From Sphaerodactylus townsendi (taxonomy: Eukaryota): DNA of 64,000 nt. Within the stretch, counting starts at the first letter, position 1, and each line of letters starts with the position of its first letter. The DNA is taken from assembly GCF_021028975.2 (NCBI RefSeq), contig NC_059436.1, positions 6,696,001 through 6,760,000 of the forward strand, in the 5' to 3' direction. The notes beneath the pieces were generated by a model. The model did not search any database. It was not told the origin of the DNA and saw nothing but the letters and a program-made list of their open reading frames with translations. Shown one piece after another: positions 35,525 to 48,470 of the stretch. The translations under genes were made by a program, and so were the position numbers.

Positions 35525-36900
35525 AAAATGGTGCATTAGCTGGCTTTTAACTTAATAAGCACAAAATGAAGGTATTAGCAAAACAAAAAGAAAAGAAATT
35601 ACAAGTTCAGAAGGAGCTGATGAGTAAAACAGGTTTTAAGGTTGAAAAAAAGGTGAACCATCTGGATGTTGTGTTAACAAATATGAATTGTGTGTTATTT
35701 CAGAATAACTGAATCTCAACATGCAATAAAATTAAAAAGGATTTTTCAAAGTGGAACTAACTTCAGTTATTATTGTTAGAAAAAAAAACTGCTGTGATTA
35801 AGATGACCAAGAATGCCGTTTTTGTTTCAAACAGCACCAGTGTTTGCAACTGAGACTCCATTTCAACAACTGCAGAAGGATATATCAAATTTTGTCTGGC
35901 AAAGGGAAAAGTCTCAGATTAAATATAAAACCTTGCAAGATGCAAAGGAAAGAGGAAGTCTAGATTTACTGATCTGAAATTATAGCAAATCCACAATCCA
36001 GGGTAGCTGGGGACAGGGCCACCTCTGTGCCACACTGCCACTTATAGAAGAAGACTTTCCAGTGGGGTGGGGTGGCAAGGAAAATGAAAATAAACCCCCA
36101 CTTCTGCAAAATCATCCATGTCATAACCAGCCCTCCGTCCCCTCCTCTGGACATCTCGCCTCACAGTGACGGGGCATCCTACAGGTTTGAGAGCAAGATC
36201 AGTCTGCTGCACCCCACCCTCAACCTCTCCACAAGTAGTGAAGGGGCATTTCTTGGCTTTTAGAGTGACAGCTACTGCAGTTTGGATGAGGAGGAAGAGC
36301 CAGCCCTGACTTCTAGGTTTAGCCACTGTGGAGCTGAGGGGTGGCCAGCTGCCACGCCTTTGCCTCCTCTACCATTGGAGTGCCCCTTGCGCCAGCAGAG
36401 GAGGCAAGCACGTCAATGCAGCCCCATGTTGGCTCCACTGGTTAATTCACTCACACCTCGCCATAGGATTGCACAATTCGAGGGAAATGACTTGAGATTT
36501 GGATGGCATGCTTATCTATGGCATGACAAAGTAAAAGCCAAGAAGGATTTTAATAATCATTATGTTAGCTATGCCAGTCTGAGAATATGGGATAAGTTTA
36601 AACCTAGACCATATTTTTTAAAAAGTCTATGTGGCGCTCATCACAAGAAGCCTTATGCAGATGAGAAATGATATTTGAAAATAGATGGATCACATATCGT
36701 GATATTTTAGATTTCTCCAATGGGGAATGTAAAATGAAATTAAGAGAAGAATTAATGACAGAAGGGAATTGGTTCCTTTATGCACAATTATGAGAAAGAT
36801 TTAAAAGAGATAAAAGATCCGATGCTTTGAACACTCTAGGACTGAATTTGAGATAGTATCATGTTCAAATTATGATAATGTTGCTGCTAAAATGTATAAC
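35525..36900 (+). mobile_element. Degraded L1-clade LINE ORF2 fragment, interrupted at ~35990-36474
   Basis: Peptides GFKVEKKVNHLDVVLTNMNCVLFQNN*, FVWQREKSQIKYKTLQDAKERG and EGNDLRFGWHAYLWHDKVK...LRIWDKFK match squamate L1 ORF2; many stops and frameshifts. Confidence 0.82.
35990..36474. mobile_element. GC-rich insertion with caatcc...ggattg termini (non-autonomous DNA element)
   Basis: ccacaatcca ... cataggattgcac; sharp GC shift within the AT-rich L1. Confidence 0.5.
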
Positions 36901-38182
36901 GGGGAAAAAAGGTGCACACCCCTAGTCTAATGCATTCTTTACCAAAATGTTTAATCCAACTTTGACTATTATAATGTCTTTAGTAACACTGTCAAATGGA
37001 AAAGGGACATTTAAATTTGAGCTGTGTTTCAAAAATGAAATGGTCATAACGTTTATGCAGAAAAATTTGGCTGGCTTTCATTCCAATCTTGATGGTGGCA
37101 GAAAGTGCTATCAAATTGCATACGAGCTTCCAAAAATATGCATATCTAAAATGACAAGCAATTTCTTCTTCTTTGGTGCACGTTCTGCCAAAGCAAGCAA
37201 TTTATTTTAGGGATGCTTTCAAATTTCTTATTCAGCCCGTTTCAACTTCTAGATCCATATTTTGACTTCACCTCCCTGCTGTGAACCAAATCTGCGATGC
37301 TTTAATTTCACACCTTTCTTTGTTTTCTTACACTGAGTTTTAAAAATAAAATGTATGCATTTCTAGACCTTATTTATGTGGCACTACATCAGTATTAAAT
37401 ATACATTGTGTGTATACATCATCATTAAATATATGACCTTTATTGAATAGGATCATTATCTGTTCCATTAGTTCAACTGCATTCTTCGAGCACAGGGAAT
37501 GCTTTTCTGACATAAACATTTCCTCTACCAGTAGAAAGGCAGAGGACAAATAGCAACATCTGCAAAAATGAACAGGTAGAATTTTATGTCTCAAAAAAAA
37601 CCTTGGGATTAAAATGTCTTAAACATTCAGCATGAACACCCCGCTTCCCACAAAACCAACTGTGAAAGCAGAGAACCAAAACCAGCACAGACAAATACAA
37701 ACAAATGCAAACAAGCAACGAAATGAGAAAGTTCATTCCTTATTATCCTAATACCACTGATGATGAGCATTGGTTATATCTAAAGGAAATTGCACTGTTT
37801 TGTAGATCAAGAAGTTGGACAATATGTTGATACCTTCATTAGTGAGTCTGACATTGCAAAAGCAGTCATAAAACTCATGGTGACTCCAGTGGGGTTTCTT
37901 CCTGAGCCATTCATCCATTTGCGTGGCCATACCACAGTAGCAAAATCAGGTAGCTTATTTCTTGTGTGCCATTATACCAACTATTGATAGAATGTATTGC
38001 TATTGCAAAGAGAAAAAAAAATCAGCCATATACTAGGCGACACCAAAGCCAAACAGAAAATACAAAGAGGGCATCCCTCAAGTAAAGAAGCCAATAAAGG
38101 GGCAAAGGAACATTAGCGGAAGTACAGATTGAATGATCTCACCTTTCCTTCTTGTGGCTCAATGTATCATTTGCTTCTCTCC

Positions 38183-38645
38183 AGCCCATTCCACACAGGC
38201 CTTAACAGCGGCGGTATGCCATCAAGTATGCCAGAGCACCCCCGGGGCTGTTCGCATGCTTTCGTGCTCATGGCCCTGGAGCTGCTGCTGCCCCCAGAAG
38301 TGCCTTCACATGAAGGCATCTCTGTTTTGTCTGTAAACTTATCTTCCCTTCCCCTACGGAACTCTGCACAGACGAGGGGACACACCCCTGTGGCCATGGT
38401 AACAACAGATACAGCAGAGGTGTCAAAAAATGGCGCCTGTGATCCGGTGCTGTTTGTTTGGCACTAAGTGCAAAAGGGTGTTTCCAAAAAGACTCGCCAG
38501 TTTAGCAAGTCACGGAAATACCGGTGCTTTCTGGTGTAACACTGGTGGGGGGGGGGGGAAGCACGGAAATACTGGTGTAACACCGGTGGGTGAGGGAAGC
38601 ACGGTGCTGCCTCATTTCAGAGTTGGCAGCCGTGCGAAGTTCTTC
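38183..38645. mobile_element. Probable Harbinger-type non-autonomous element
   Basis: Starts gcccattccacacagg and ends ccgtgcgaagttc (degenerate TIR); CpG-rich; internal duplication of gcacggaaatac/tggtgtaacac. Confidence 0.45.
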
Positions 38646-39295
38646 CAGCAACCAATGATTTTACCGGCCCCGCACCAGTGATCTTGGCCCAGGCAGAGTG
38701 GGCCTCCCTCCTTCTGGCTGAAAATTAACAGCTGTTCCAAGGTCACCTAGTAGCTTTGTGGCAATCTGAATCCAAGCCCTCCTGAATCAGATTCTGATAG
38801 ATTTGTTATTTGCAAAAAAAAAGTGACACATGCTTGTTCAAACCCTGCAACAGCCAAGAATCTGCTTAAATAGAGAAGGAGAAACCTCTGAACATGTTAT
38901 GATGGAGTAATGGGACAAAATGGCCTCCAAGAAAGTTCTGAGGGCATTTGGGAGTGTCAACTTGAAACTTCAGTCTGAAGAAGATTCCTCATTACATCTT
39001 ACTTTTTACTGAGTATTAACACAATATTCTACCATGGGCTACCAGCCCCTTAGTGGGGCCTGGAGAGACCAGCATAGTTTAGTGATTAACAGCAGCAGAC
39101 TCTAATCTGGAGAACTGGGTTTGATTTCCCACTCTTCCCCATAAGCAGCAAACTCTAATATGATGAACTCGATTTGTTTTCCTGCTTCTACAAATTAAGC
39201 CATTCTAGGTGACCTTGGGCTAGTCACAATTCTCTCAGAATTCTCGCAGTCCCACAAGGTGTTTCTTGTGGGAAGAGGAGTTTGTAAGCGACTTT

Positions 39296-40602
39296 GGGCA
39301 TTTTTGCACACACTTTTTATTCCAGAATAAAAGCGAATCGCATTGATTCCTTACCTTTTTAATGTAGTTTCGTTGCTCGATGGCATTCACACATGGCCCG
39401 GTAGTCACGCATCTTCCGCTTGCTTCGCAACTCCCGGGTTTTTGCATCCCTCAGGAATGCGGCGCAAACGACGAATCTGATTGGCTGGCGCACAGTCCTG
39501 GGGCAGTCCGGGGGTGGGGCCTAAGTTACCCTGTGAGGCGGGTGGGGCTGAGAAAGCTCCAAGAAGCTGTGACTAGCCCAAGGCCCCCCAGCTGGCATGT
39601 ATGGGAGTGCCCAGGCTAATCTGAATTCCCCAGATAAGCCTCCACAGCTCAGGCGGCAGAGCTGGGAATCAAACCCGGTTTCTCCAGATTAGATACACGA
39701 GCTCTTAACCCCCTACGCCACTGGCCGGGGTGTTTTCTCAGTGGTTCTCTTCTCCCGCTCCGGGAGAAGGCACAGGAATACCTTTGTTCCGTTTCCCAGG
39801 AGGACTTTTCGGCACTGGATCCTTGAGAAAGAGAGGGGGATGAAAACAGTGGAATGCCCTCTTCTCTACCCTACTTTAGCAGGATGAGAAGGGAAACGGG
39901 GGGAAAAACCCACACGCATCCCACCCCACCCCAAAGGAGGTCTGCAGGCAAATAAGGCACCCGTTGTGCATGACAGCACAAGAGAATATTCTCTGCTCCT
40001 CTCAAAGATGCAAGCCGGGCCTCTTTCCAGCCCTCCTTGAAAATCCGCATCCTTTAAGCAACATCTCCTAGGCTCCGCCAAAGCAAGCAGGCTTTCGCTT
40101 TCAGCTGCCCTCCATTCAGTTCCGGACAATGGGAGGGACAAAGAGAAAAGCAGAAAGGGGTGGCGGTTTTTTAAGCACCCTTCAAGAGGCCATCTGTGGG
40201 TCGAGCTACAAGGTGTACACGACCGAACGGGATGAGGGGGGGAAGTCGAGTGAGACGCAAAAGGAACAAAGGAATGTGCGTGCGCAGCCAGAATGCCCAG
40301 TCGCACTCCCATTGGATGGATCAAATCTCGTCACATGGTGGGCGTAAACCCTTGCTGCCGCTTGATCCACTTTCGCTCCACTTTTGTTTCGCAACTAGGC
40401 ACCAAATTGTGGGGGGGAAACTACGTTTTCCAAGACAGTTGCACAAGTATCGAGCGACAGGAAAAATGCGGAACAACGGCTGGAATGTAACACAGAAAGG
40501 GAGTCGGAACACATTTCGGCTTAAGTGTGTGCGAACAAATGTGTGAAACGGCAACGACCTCACATGCCAGATCTGCAACAAACAGTGTGTGCAAAAACGC
40601 CC
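39296..40602. mobile_element. 1.3-kb PIF/Harbinger-type non-autonomous transposon
   Basis: 18-bp TIR gggcatttttgcacacac / gtgtgtgcaaaaacgccc (1 mismatch); 3-bp TSD TTT; removing it restores the host SINE. Confidence 0.88.
39528..39724 (-). mobile_element. Young Squam3-like SINE lacking its 3' tail
   Basis: Matches the head and CORE of the 6711 subfamily and stops at accctgtgagg. Confidence 0.88.
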
Positions 40603-41347
40603 TTTGAGACTCTTCATAGTTGAGCAAAATGGGGTATAAATCCAAACTCTTCTTCTCCTTCTCCTGGAATTATACCTGATTTCCATTACAGAGATCAATT
40701 CATCTTGAGGAAGAATCAAAATCAAAGAGTGGACTCTATGCAGTCACACTGCTCCCGAGCTCTCGAGCTCTCTCTTCCCCGAGCGAGGTAGATGTTGTGA
40801 CCTTTTAATATTCAATTTTGTAGGGAGCACAATTTCCCCCCATGATTTGCAAGGTAAATGCAGCATCCACCCTACAGCACACCTTCTCTTTGTTCTTTTC
40901 CTTCATGTTCCTTCTTCCCCAAAATATGTTTCTTTCATGCTGTGAGCTGCCAGAGAAGATAAAATACCAAGATATTGTTCAACCTGTAATTTGCATGGAC
41001 CGGAGGGAGCCATGCACAGACTTTTTTTTCTTGGCAAAATTACAATGGCCCCGCAAATGCAAATTCAGAAATAGTTGTCACTTTTGAGCAATAAAGCTAA
41101 CACCTCTAGCATGAGCAGTATTTAAAAGAGATGCTAAATCAGCCCGCTTTGTCAGTTTAGGGCTTCTTGCATTTGCATTATCTCCATATTAAAGGTATTA
41201 CTTGCTGCTTCGGAAGAGGGCAGCATCTTGCCTGCACTAGGATATAATTATTCATTCCATTCTAGCAATTATTTAACCAGAGATCTTGACTGGCTGAAAA
41301 AACTAGAGGCTCTCCATGTAGAAAACAAAGAAAAGTGTATGAAGCAC

Positions 41348-41622
41348 AGAAGAAAAAGAAGAGTTTGGTTTATACACCATTTTACTCAACTGTAAGAATT
41401 CTCAAAGTGACTTACTGTAAGGAGTCTCAAACAGACTTACAAACTCCTTTCCTTCCTCTACCCAGAACAGACACCCACCCCTGTGAGGCAGGTAGGACTG
41501 AGAGTTCTGTGAGAACTGTGTCGAACCCAAGGTTACCCATCAGGCTTCATTAGGAGTCTGGAAACAAACCTGGTTCACCAGACTAGATTCCACTGCTCTT
41601 AGCCACTGCCCCATGCTGGCTC
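41348..41622 (-). mobile_element. Squam3-like SINE
   Basis: gaagaagagtttggtttata...ccaaggttaccc...ctcttagccactgccccatgctggctct. Confidence 0.85.
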
Positions 41623-42559
41623 TTTTTCAGTACAGCAGGTCTTTTGATCCTGAGCTAGTGTGAAGTTTTGCACAGCTAAAGGTTCTTCATCCACCCTCCA
41701 TGATGCACTACCAACCTCCACTCCACATATCCAACTTCACGTTATTGCAAGGATGTTCAACTTCTCATTTCATGCAGATAGCAAAGAGCTAGCTCGATCA
41801 GAGACTTAAGTGGGCTCCAAGCTCATTTGGAATGATAAGCCTTGTGAGAAATCTATAATGAGAAAGATCGGCTAGTTTAATGTGTTTGCTGCAAATCACT
41901 ATAATTTGCTAGGAAATTGATGGAATAATATCATTCTTGAAATCAACTGGAGGGTAGCGTGCAACATTGCAGTCTTAATGGTTGTTATGGAGGGACTCAA
42001 TTAGAGATGGATGGAGCTGGAAACTGGTGATCCAATTTAATGAGGAGCTTCTGGAGGAGATCCATGTAGTCTGTGTCCAGAGTTCAAAGAGGTCTATCCA
42101 CATTAGACTGGACTGTATTTCTTCTACCCAAATTGCTGAAAGGCATTTGTTGTTCATTGCAGAATACATATAGCTCAGGGTATATTATGGGAAACCTCTG
42201 AGAGTTATCCAAAGCCACCACTTGGTTTCTGAGTGGGTATGGGGGAGGAAGTAATGATTGGTCTATGAATGTTTCCCCTTCCAAGGTGCTCAAAGTCATG
42301 TACAAAGGTGGAATTATCCAATTTTTGCCTCTGTGGCAGGATAGACCATCAGTGGTCAGAGACTGTTCAGTGAGCATTGTTTCTCAAAAGGGATATCTAC
42401 AGTCCAGCTCCCAAACTCTAATTTGGATGCACACTGTTTCTTGAGTCTCACATGACATCAAATAGTGAGACTGCAGCTCCCATCCCACATTTCAAGTGAT
42501 TTCCAAGAACTAAGTTATTCTTGTGTCATCATTTTGTTCTGAAATGGCACAAAATGCAC

Positions 42560-42700
42560 CTTTCCCCAATGATGGCCATATTGCCATACAGTCCACCCTC
42601 CAAAGTAGCCATTTTCTCCAGGGGAACTGTTCTCTGTACCTTACAGATCAATTGTAATTCAAGATCTCCAGGCAACATCTGGAGGTGGACAATCCTAGCC
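42560..42700 (-). mobile_element. hAT-type (Blackjack-like) element fragment
   Basis: gccatacagtccaccctccaaagtagccattttctccaggggaactg...ggtggacaatccta. Confidence 0.7.
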
Positions 42701-45349
42701 CTTTGAGCATACCTACCCACTATTTCTCCCTCCATCTCTCTCTTCATTTTACAAATGAAGTAACATGTAACCATCACCTGTCCATAAAAGATCTAAGGTA
42801 GTTATATTAAACATTTGGAAGTGATATATTATCCACCAGACAATATGCAATGTCTGCCAAAACTCTACTTATTTTGCCAAGTTTTCTTGTCTTCCTTCCA
42901 AGCTCTGAGCCAGACTTTTCTACAAGATTTCTTAAAGAGGCATAAGGCAGTATAATCAAGATGAGAGAGTACTTTCCTTATGTTGGATATGATTGTCAAG
43001 TGCTTATAGTTCTATGAACTCAACCAAATGCACACTGTGATTTGGTGACCAAGCTGCATTCTGAGGAACAAAGTGGAGGAAATGCAGATTCGGGCTATGG
43101 CCCAATCTGATTCAAATGACCCCTTTTTGTCCAAACTAAATATTATCTCATGATGAGCAGTTACTTTGAAGTGCAGACTACCATTTTGCATGCCTCCAAA
43201 AAGCCTTTTCTAAATAAGCTGAGTATTAGTCTACCAAATAGCTTCTGCTTGTGACAGACTGTTCGCACAATCAGTTCACTGGAAACACATTTTCAGCTTT
43301 GCATGGTTCCCTGGCATTTACATTTGCTGTGGCGGTTTTTTAGCATACTCTTTTTCTGAGACTGATTGTGCTCAGACTTTAGATGCAACAGGCCTCAAGA
43401 GAACAGAATGCTGTCAAACAAGGGCACTTTAAGTTTCTGATGGATTTGGAAGTCTCATGGTATGAAATCAGGATTCAGGGGATCCTGAGTCATTTCTTGG
43501 ACATGTTTTATGGGGTTGTTCTTTTTCATGATTCATAAGACTCGCAACTAAAAACAAGAGAAAACGCAACTAGAGTGTTCTCAAGGCTCTGACTTCAATA
43601 TAGAACATAACAAAATGATACAATTATAGGTTTCCTACCAAACCTCTCCTTCTTTCCTATTGCCTTTAGAGGTAGGGTTCCACCATGAAGCTCAATATAT
43701 CGGATTCATATTGTACCATATATTCAAAACAACACATTCTAAGGAGATATATATCAGTATATATCACTAGCACACAGCCTTTTCTCAGATTATGGAGTTG
43801 GTGTGTGTCCCCCAGCCTGTGACAGACAAAATGCAGTCACACACACGTTGTAGGTTCTTTTCAATTCCTGTGTATGCAGTGCCTGATTAGGATCAGGACT
43901 TTGGAACATGCGGAGAAGGGGTGTAAGCCATATTCCACCCTGAAACATTTTTTCTTCTTAGCTGAAAGTCAAAGTCAATGGGTTTATACTGTAGTAGCAA
44001 TCCTCTACATGGTATCTGTGGGTTTTCTATTCATTTCCATGTATTTTCTGTCATCTGCTTGCTTCCTCAAAATGTATTGAATGTAACAATAAAAACAACT
44101 ACAAATACAGGGAGCTCCTGGTTTTACCCTATGAGATAACTGCCAAGCATACCACTGAGTTCATCTGGGCAAGGCTTCTCACAGTAGTGCATCCATGTTA
44201 TAGCCATAGACCTTTGTGTACCTCTTGGTTTGTCAACCACTTCTTTTAGCGAGGAAGTGCTCCCTTGGCCAGGGGAAGCTGAGATCAAATTGTATTTTTC
44301 CCAAAGCAAAAAAAGCTAGCTCTGTCCCTTCCAAATGGCAGCCATTTTGTGATAGGTTGTACCCCGCATTGCAGCCATTTGTTGGTCACCCATTACTCTT
44401 CCATGAAATTCCAACAAAGCCTACATATTTAACTAGGTTGGGCCGGAGTAACCTGGACCAGAGTAACTCCATCCTGTGCTTCATATGGTATGAATATATC
44501 CCAAAGTACCAAGCAATATAAACTTGAAAGGGAGATAGCCTGGGAAAGGAGTTTTTTTAAAAAATGTAAAATGTTATCTCCTGAAAAAATGCCACCACTG
44601 TGAGATAAACTAGAAAAAGAATGCTAAATGGAGCAGGATAAAAAAATTAGCATTAAAACAGAGAATGTATCAAAATGATCCCCTTGGAGCTAATAGAAAA
44701 ATATACAACAGAATGCTCTAAACTGCATGGAGAGATTGGGAGGGGGAAGGAAACTTCAGGGGAAAAAGAGAAAGAAAAGGGGAAGCCAGAGGTGAGGTTA
44801 ATGCATCTTTAGGATTAATGTGAGCATAATGTGATGCTGTAAAGCGGGAGCTGGCCATAAATTGCCTCAAGGGATAAAGATGACAATAGGGAGTCTGGAT
44901 GGAGCCCCTGAATTAATAGTATCGAAGCATCTGCTGTGCAATATGGTTTGAACTTTAAAGAGCCCTGCTGTATAATTCACTTGTCAGGCAGGTTAGGGAA
45001 GAGAAGATACATGGGCCTGCAAAAAAGAGGACTTTTAAATTAATTTTTTAAAAGATGGAGTTAAAGAACCAGCTGTTATTGCTATGATGGTGTTTTGTTC
45101 GCCACTTAAACATACTTGTGAGTTTATTGTTCTCTGCAAGATTGGCACATCCTTGTTGCAGCAGGAAAAGACACACAGCAGAAAAAGGCATGGAAATGTC
45201 CCCCAATCAATGGGACTAGGAGATTTCCAGTGAGACCCTTTCCATGGGTTTTTTGCACATTGGGCTTTTTCATCAATTCTAGCTCCATATGGCTATGGTT
45301 TATCCCCTAATTTTCATATGCATTTTTATGTGTTCAGTTTTCACTTCAA

Positions 45350-45541
45350 CAGAGCAGTCGGGAAGGGGAATTGCGCCCGCCCCCCCCCCCACCCAGCACA
45401 CCTCCGTCACGAAATTCCCACGTGCGCCTCCTGCCCTGCCCCTGGGAGGGGGTCTGGGGGTGATTTTTTGCCCCCATGTGATGCCAATGGCATGCACCCA
45501 GGGCACAGTGCCCCTCCAATCCTATTGCAGCTTTGCCACTG
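45350..45541 (+). mobile_element. GC-rich hAT MITE relative
   Basis: Ends gcagctttgccactg, like 26188; C-rich body. Confidence 0.55.
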
Positions 45542-45557
45542 TGGAGGCATATGTGGA

Positions 45558-46055
45558 AGTTAAGGGGGGACATGATAGCAATGTTTAAATATTTGAAGGG
45601 ATGCCATGTTGAAGAGGGAGCAAGCTTGTTTTCTGCATCCTCGGAGACTAGGGCACGGAGCAATGGATTCAAGGTGCAGGAAAAGAGATTCCACCTAAAC
45701 ATTAGGAAGAACTTTCTGACTGTCAGGGTTATTCAGCAGTGGAATTCCCTGCCTTGGAGAGTGGTGGAGTCTCCTTCTTTGGAGGTTTTTAAGCAGAGGC
45801 TGGATGCACATATGTCAAGAGTGTTTTGATTGTGTGTTCCTGCATGGCAGGGGGGTTGGACTTGATTACCCTTGTGATCTCTTCCAACTCTATAGGCTCA
45901 TTCCGCACATGCAGAATAATGCATTTTCAAACTGCTTTCAGTGCTCTTTGAAGCTGTGCAGAATGGCAAAATCCACTTGCAAACAGTTGTGAAAGTGGTT
46001 TGAAAATGCATTATTTTGCGTGTGCGGAAGGGGCCTATGATTCTTTGATTCTATG
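45558..46055 (+). mobile_element. CR1 LINE 3' end (ORF2 C-terminus plus 3' UTR), tail interrupted by a MITE
   Basis: LRGDMIAMFKYLKGCH...NGFKVQEKRFHLNIRKNFLTVRVIQQWNSLP...SPSLEVFKQRLD*; tail cttccaactctat | tatgattctttgattctatg. Confidence 0.93.
45895..46035. mobile_element. Young palindromic MITE (PIF/Harbinger-like)
   Basis: ggctcattccgcacatgcagaataatgc ... gcattattttgcgtgtgcggaaggggcc. Confidence 0.9.
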
Positions 46056-46984
46056 TGAAAGAAAAAAATTAAAACTACCACTGTAAAAATGCAAAGGGAT
46101 GGAAGACGTGTGGAAGAACTTTGCCCAAAGTGATCCCAATGCTTGTGATTTAATTGCCAAGCAAATCAGGAGTATGTTGAGAGTGTGAAAAGTCTTGGAG
46201 ATGCTCAGTTTATATTTTTTTCACAGGATTCATCTATGGATGCAGAAAGAAGGCTTAGACCTACTGAAAATGTCCTATGTCAGAACCAAGATGGGAAAAG
46301 TGAATCACTTGAGTACTTAAAAATATGATAACATGTTAGGCAGAACCTTGGATGTTTCTATATCCAATATATATTTTATTTTGTTCAGAGAGAAAATTTC
46401 TATGGTACCTCTCCAGAGAAATTGCTCAAGGAGGCTTACAAAATAGAACATAATTAAAAAGAGACCATTAAAAGTTGTTAATGAATAAACAATTAAAAAT
46501 CCAACAACAAAGCCCCAACTGGTGCATAAAGATAGCATCAAACACTGAAGCAAGTGGAAAATGCCTTCCGTAAGGCAATTTAAGACCCCCCCCCCTACAT
46601 CCACACACCAAATTCCTACTCAGCCGACAGCCACTAAGTGTCTGGCTAATCCCACATTGCTGCTAAGAAATAAGAGTGGATGGGTTAACATTGATGACAA
46701 AATTCTGCCATAAAGAGTTTAAATAAGCACCTCAAACACTTTTTTGATTGGTTAGGCAGCAGAACTCATTTCCCCAGACTTTCTCTCATTTTCATCACCA
46801 GATGGAGGAGGGAGGAAATTTGGCTCTCTTGCCTGGGTTTCAGAGCATCTGAAAACAGAGCATCTAAATAAAAAGTGTAGGAAGAACTGAAGAAAAAAAG
46901 ATCCTTGTTCGAGGTACTCCAGTGGCTAAAAGTTGTAATGTAGGTTAATCAGCACCTCCGAAGCCCTGTGAGGAAAACAGGAAA

Positions 46985-47225
46985 AGAGCTGGACATTTAT
47001 CCTGAAGAAGAGAAGGCTCTATTTTCAGCTATCTGAAAGGCTGTCTGTCGCATTTAAGATGGAACTGACTTGTTCTTGCTTGTTCTGGAGGGCAGGTTAA
47101 GACCTAGTGAGTAGAAACAAGGAAGTACATTTCCACTAAATAGCAGAATTTTTCTATCAATAAGTGTTGGAACATTTTAACAAAGTGGCTCAAGAGATGG
47201 TGGATTCTCCTAACAGCCCAATCTA
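46985..47225 (+). mobile_element. Old CR1 fragment
   Basis: ctgaagaagagaaggct...tatctgaaaggctgtc...agatggtggattctcc. Confidence 0.55.
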
Positions 47226-48399
47226 GAAGGGGGACGGGACGGCAATTGGGAGTGGCAGAGAGCCACTGGGAAACTATGGTGTCTAACTGGACACTGACAA
47301 GGTGCGGTATGTGGCTTGGGGGTGTGCTCAGCCCAAGAATGCTGCCCTCTGAGCCCACAGGTTTGTGACATACAAAAGTGTGGTACAAGCCTGCTTTTCC
47401 AATAGGACAATTTGGGTGGTAGGAGGGTTTTTGGATTTCCCTCCTTTCTGCACCACCCCTTTGGAGGTGACGTGGTGCCACCCTCACCATGCTGTCTCCA
47501 GCCACTGCAGTATTCCCCCTCATTCGTTTTGCACTGTAGGAAACTATCTTATCCAGAAATGGCGTTCCTACAATAAATGAAGAATATTAGTTTGAACAGT
47601 TGAAAAGGCTCTCAGAAATTTGGTTCCTGGCACACACAGAGATCAGATGGGCTTTGCTGCACACATTAGCCTTTAAGCACTCTGCTAAATTACTTGATGT
47701 TATATGGAAAATATGACACAAATGACTGTCAGGGTCCCTTCCATGTCTATGATTCTAAGATACTGAAACCACATTTGTCTCTTTCCCCCTTCTTCCTCTC
47801 TTTACTGCCAGTTAAAAACCTTCATAGACTATCTCCTCTTTTCTCATGCTCATTACATGCATTAGACAGAGAAGTGGAAAATGTTATTCACCAAACAGAT
47901 TCCTTCCTTGTAATATAATGTGCTGTCAGAAAAGCGAATGTTATTAGTGCACTCGTTCCAGTTCTGATCTATGTCACAGACTGTGCATATTCAAACTTTA
48001 AAGGTTTTCTCATTGAGTTAGCTTTTGCACAGGGTCAAATCAGGGAAAGGAGACTCAAGTCTAAGGCATTGCTTTGCAAATATGGTATGAAGGAGGGAAC
48101 AAACTTTGCTTGGCACAGACTGAACTGAACTGCGAGCAAGGGAGATAACGAGGGTAGCCAACTAAAGGTTGAAAAATTGGTCAAGATTTGGGGGTACACC
48201 CTGGCGAGAGTAGGATTTGGGAAGTTGTAATCTGTGCTTGGCAGCCTTTCTCAGCTAATCTTTCTTTTGGGCATTTGTTCCAAACTCACCCAGCAAACAA
48301 CGACTGGGTTTATTTATCCTCATCTGCACATGAACTATGTCTGCCAAGGGTCAAGCTGGTTCCAGGACCTCCCTCCCCGGTCCCGTACAGGTCCCCCCG

Positions 48400-48470
48400 T
48401 CTCATGTATCCCTTCCCACCAGCTCACATGTATCCCTTCCCACCAGCCCACATGCCTATGCATCCTTCCC
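48400..48470. repeat. 24-bp tandem repeat (catgtatcccttcccaccagctca), about 2.5 copies
   Basis: Seen directly. Confidence 0.8.

Larger units (their letters stand above)
39063..40662 (+). mobile_element. Squam3-like SINE split into 39063-39295 and 40603-40662
   Basis: ...gtaagcgacttt | tttgagactcttcatagttgagcaaaatggggtataaatccaaactcttcttc. Confidence 0.85.
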
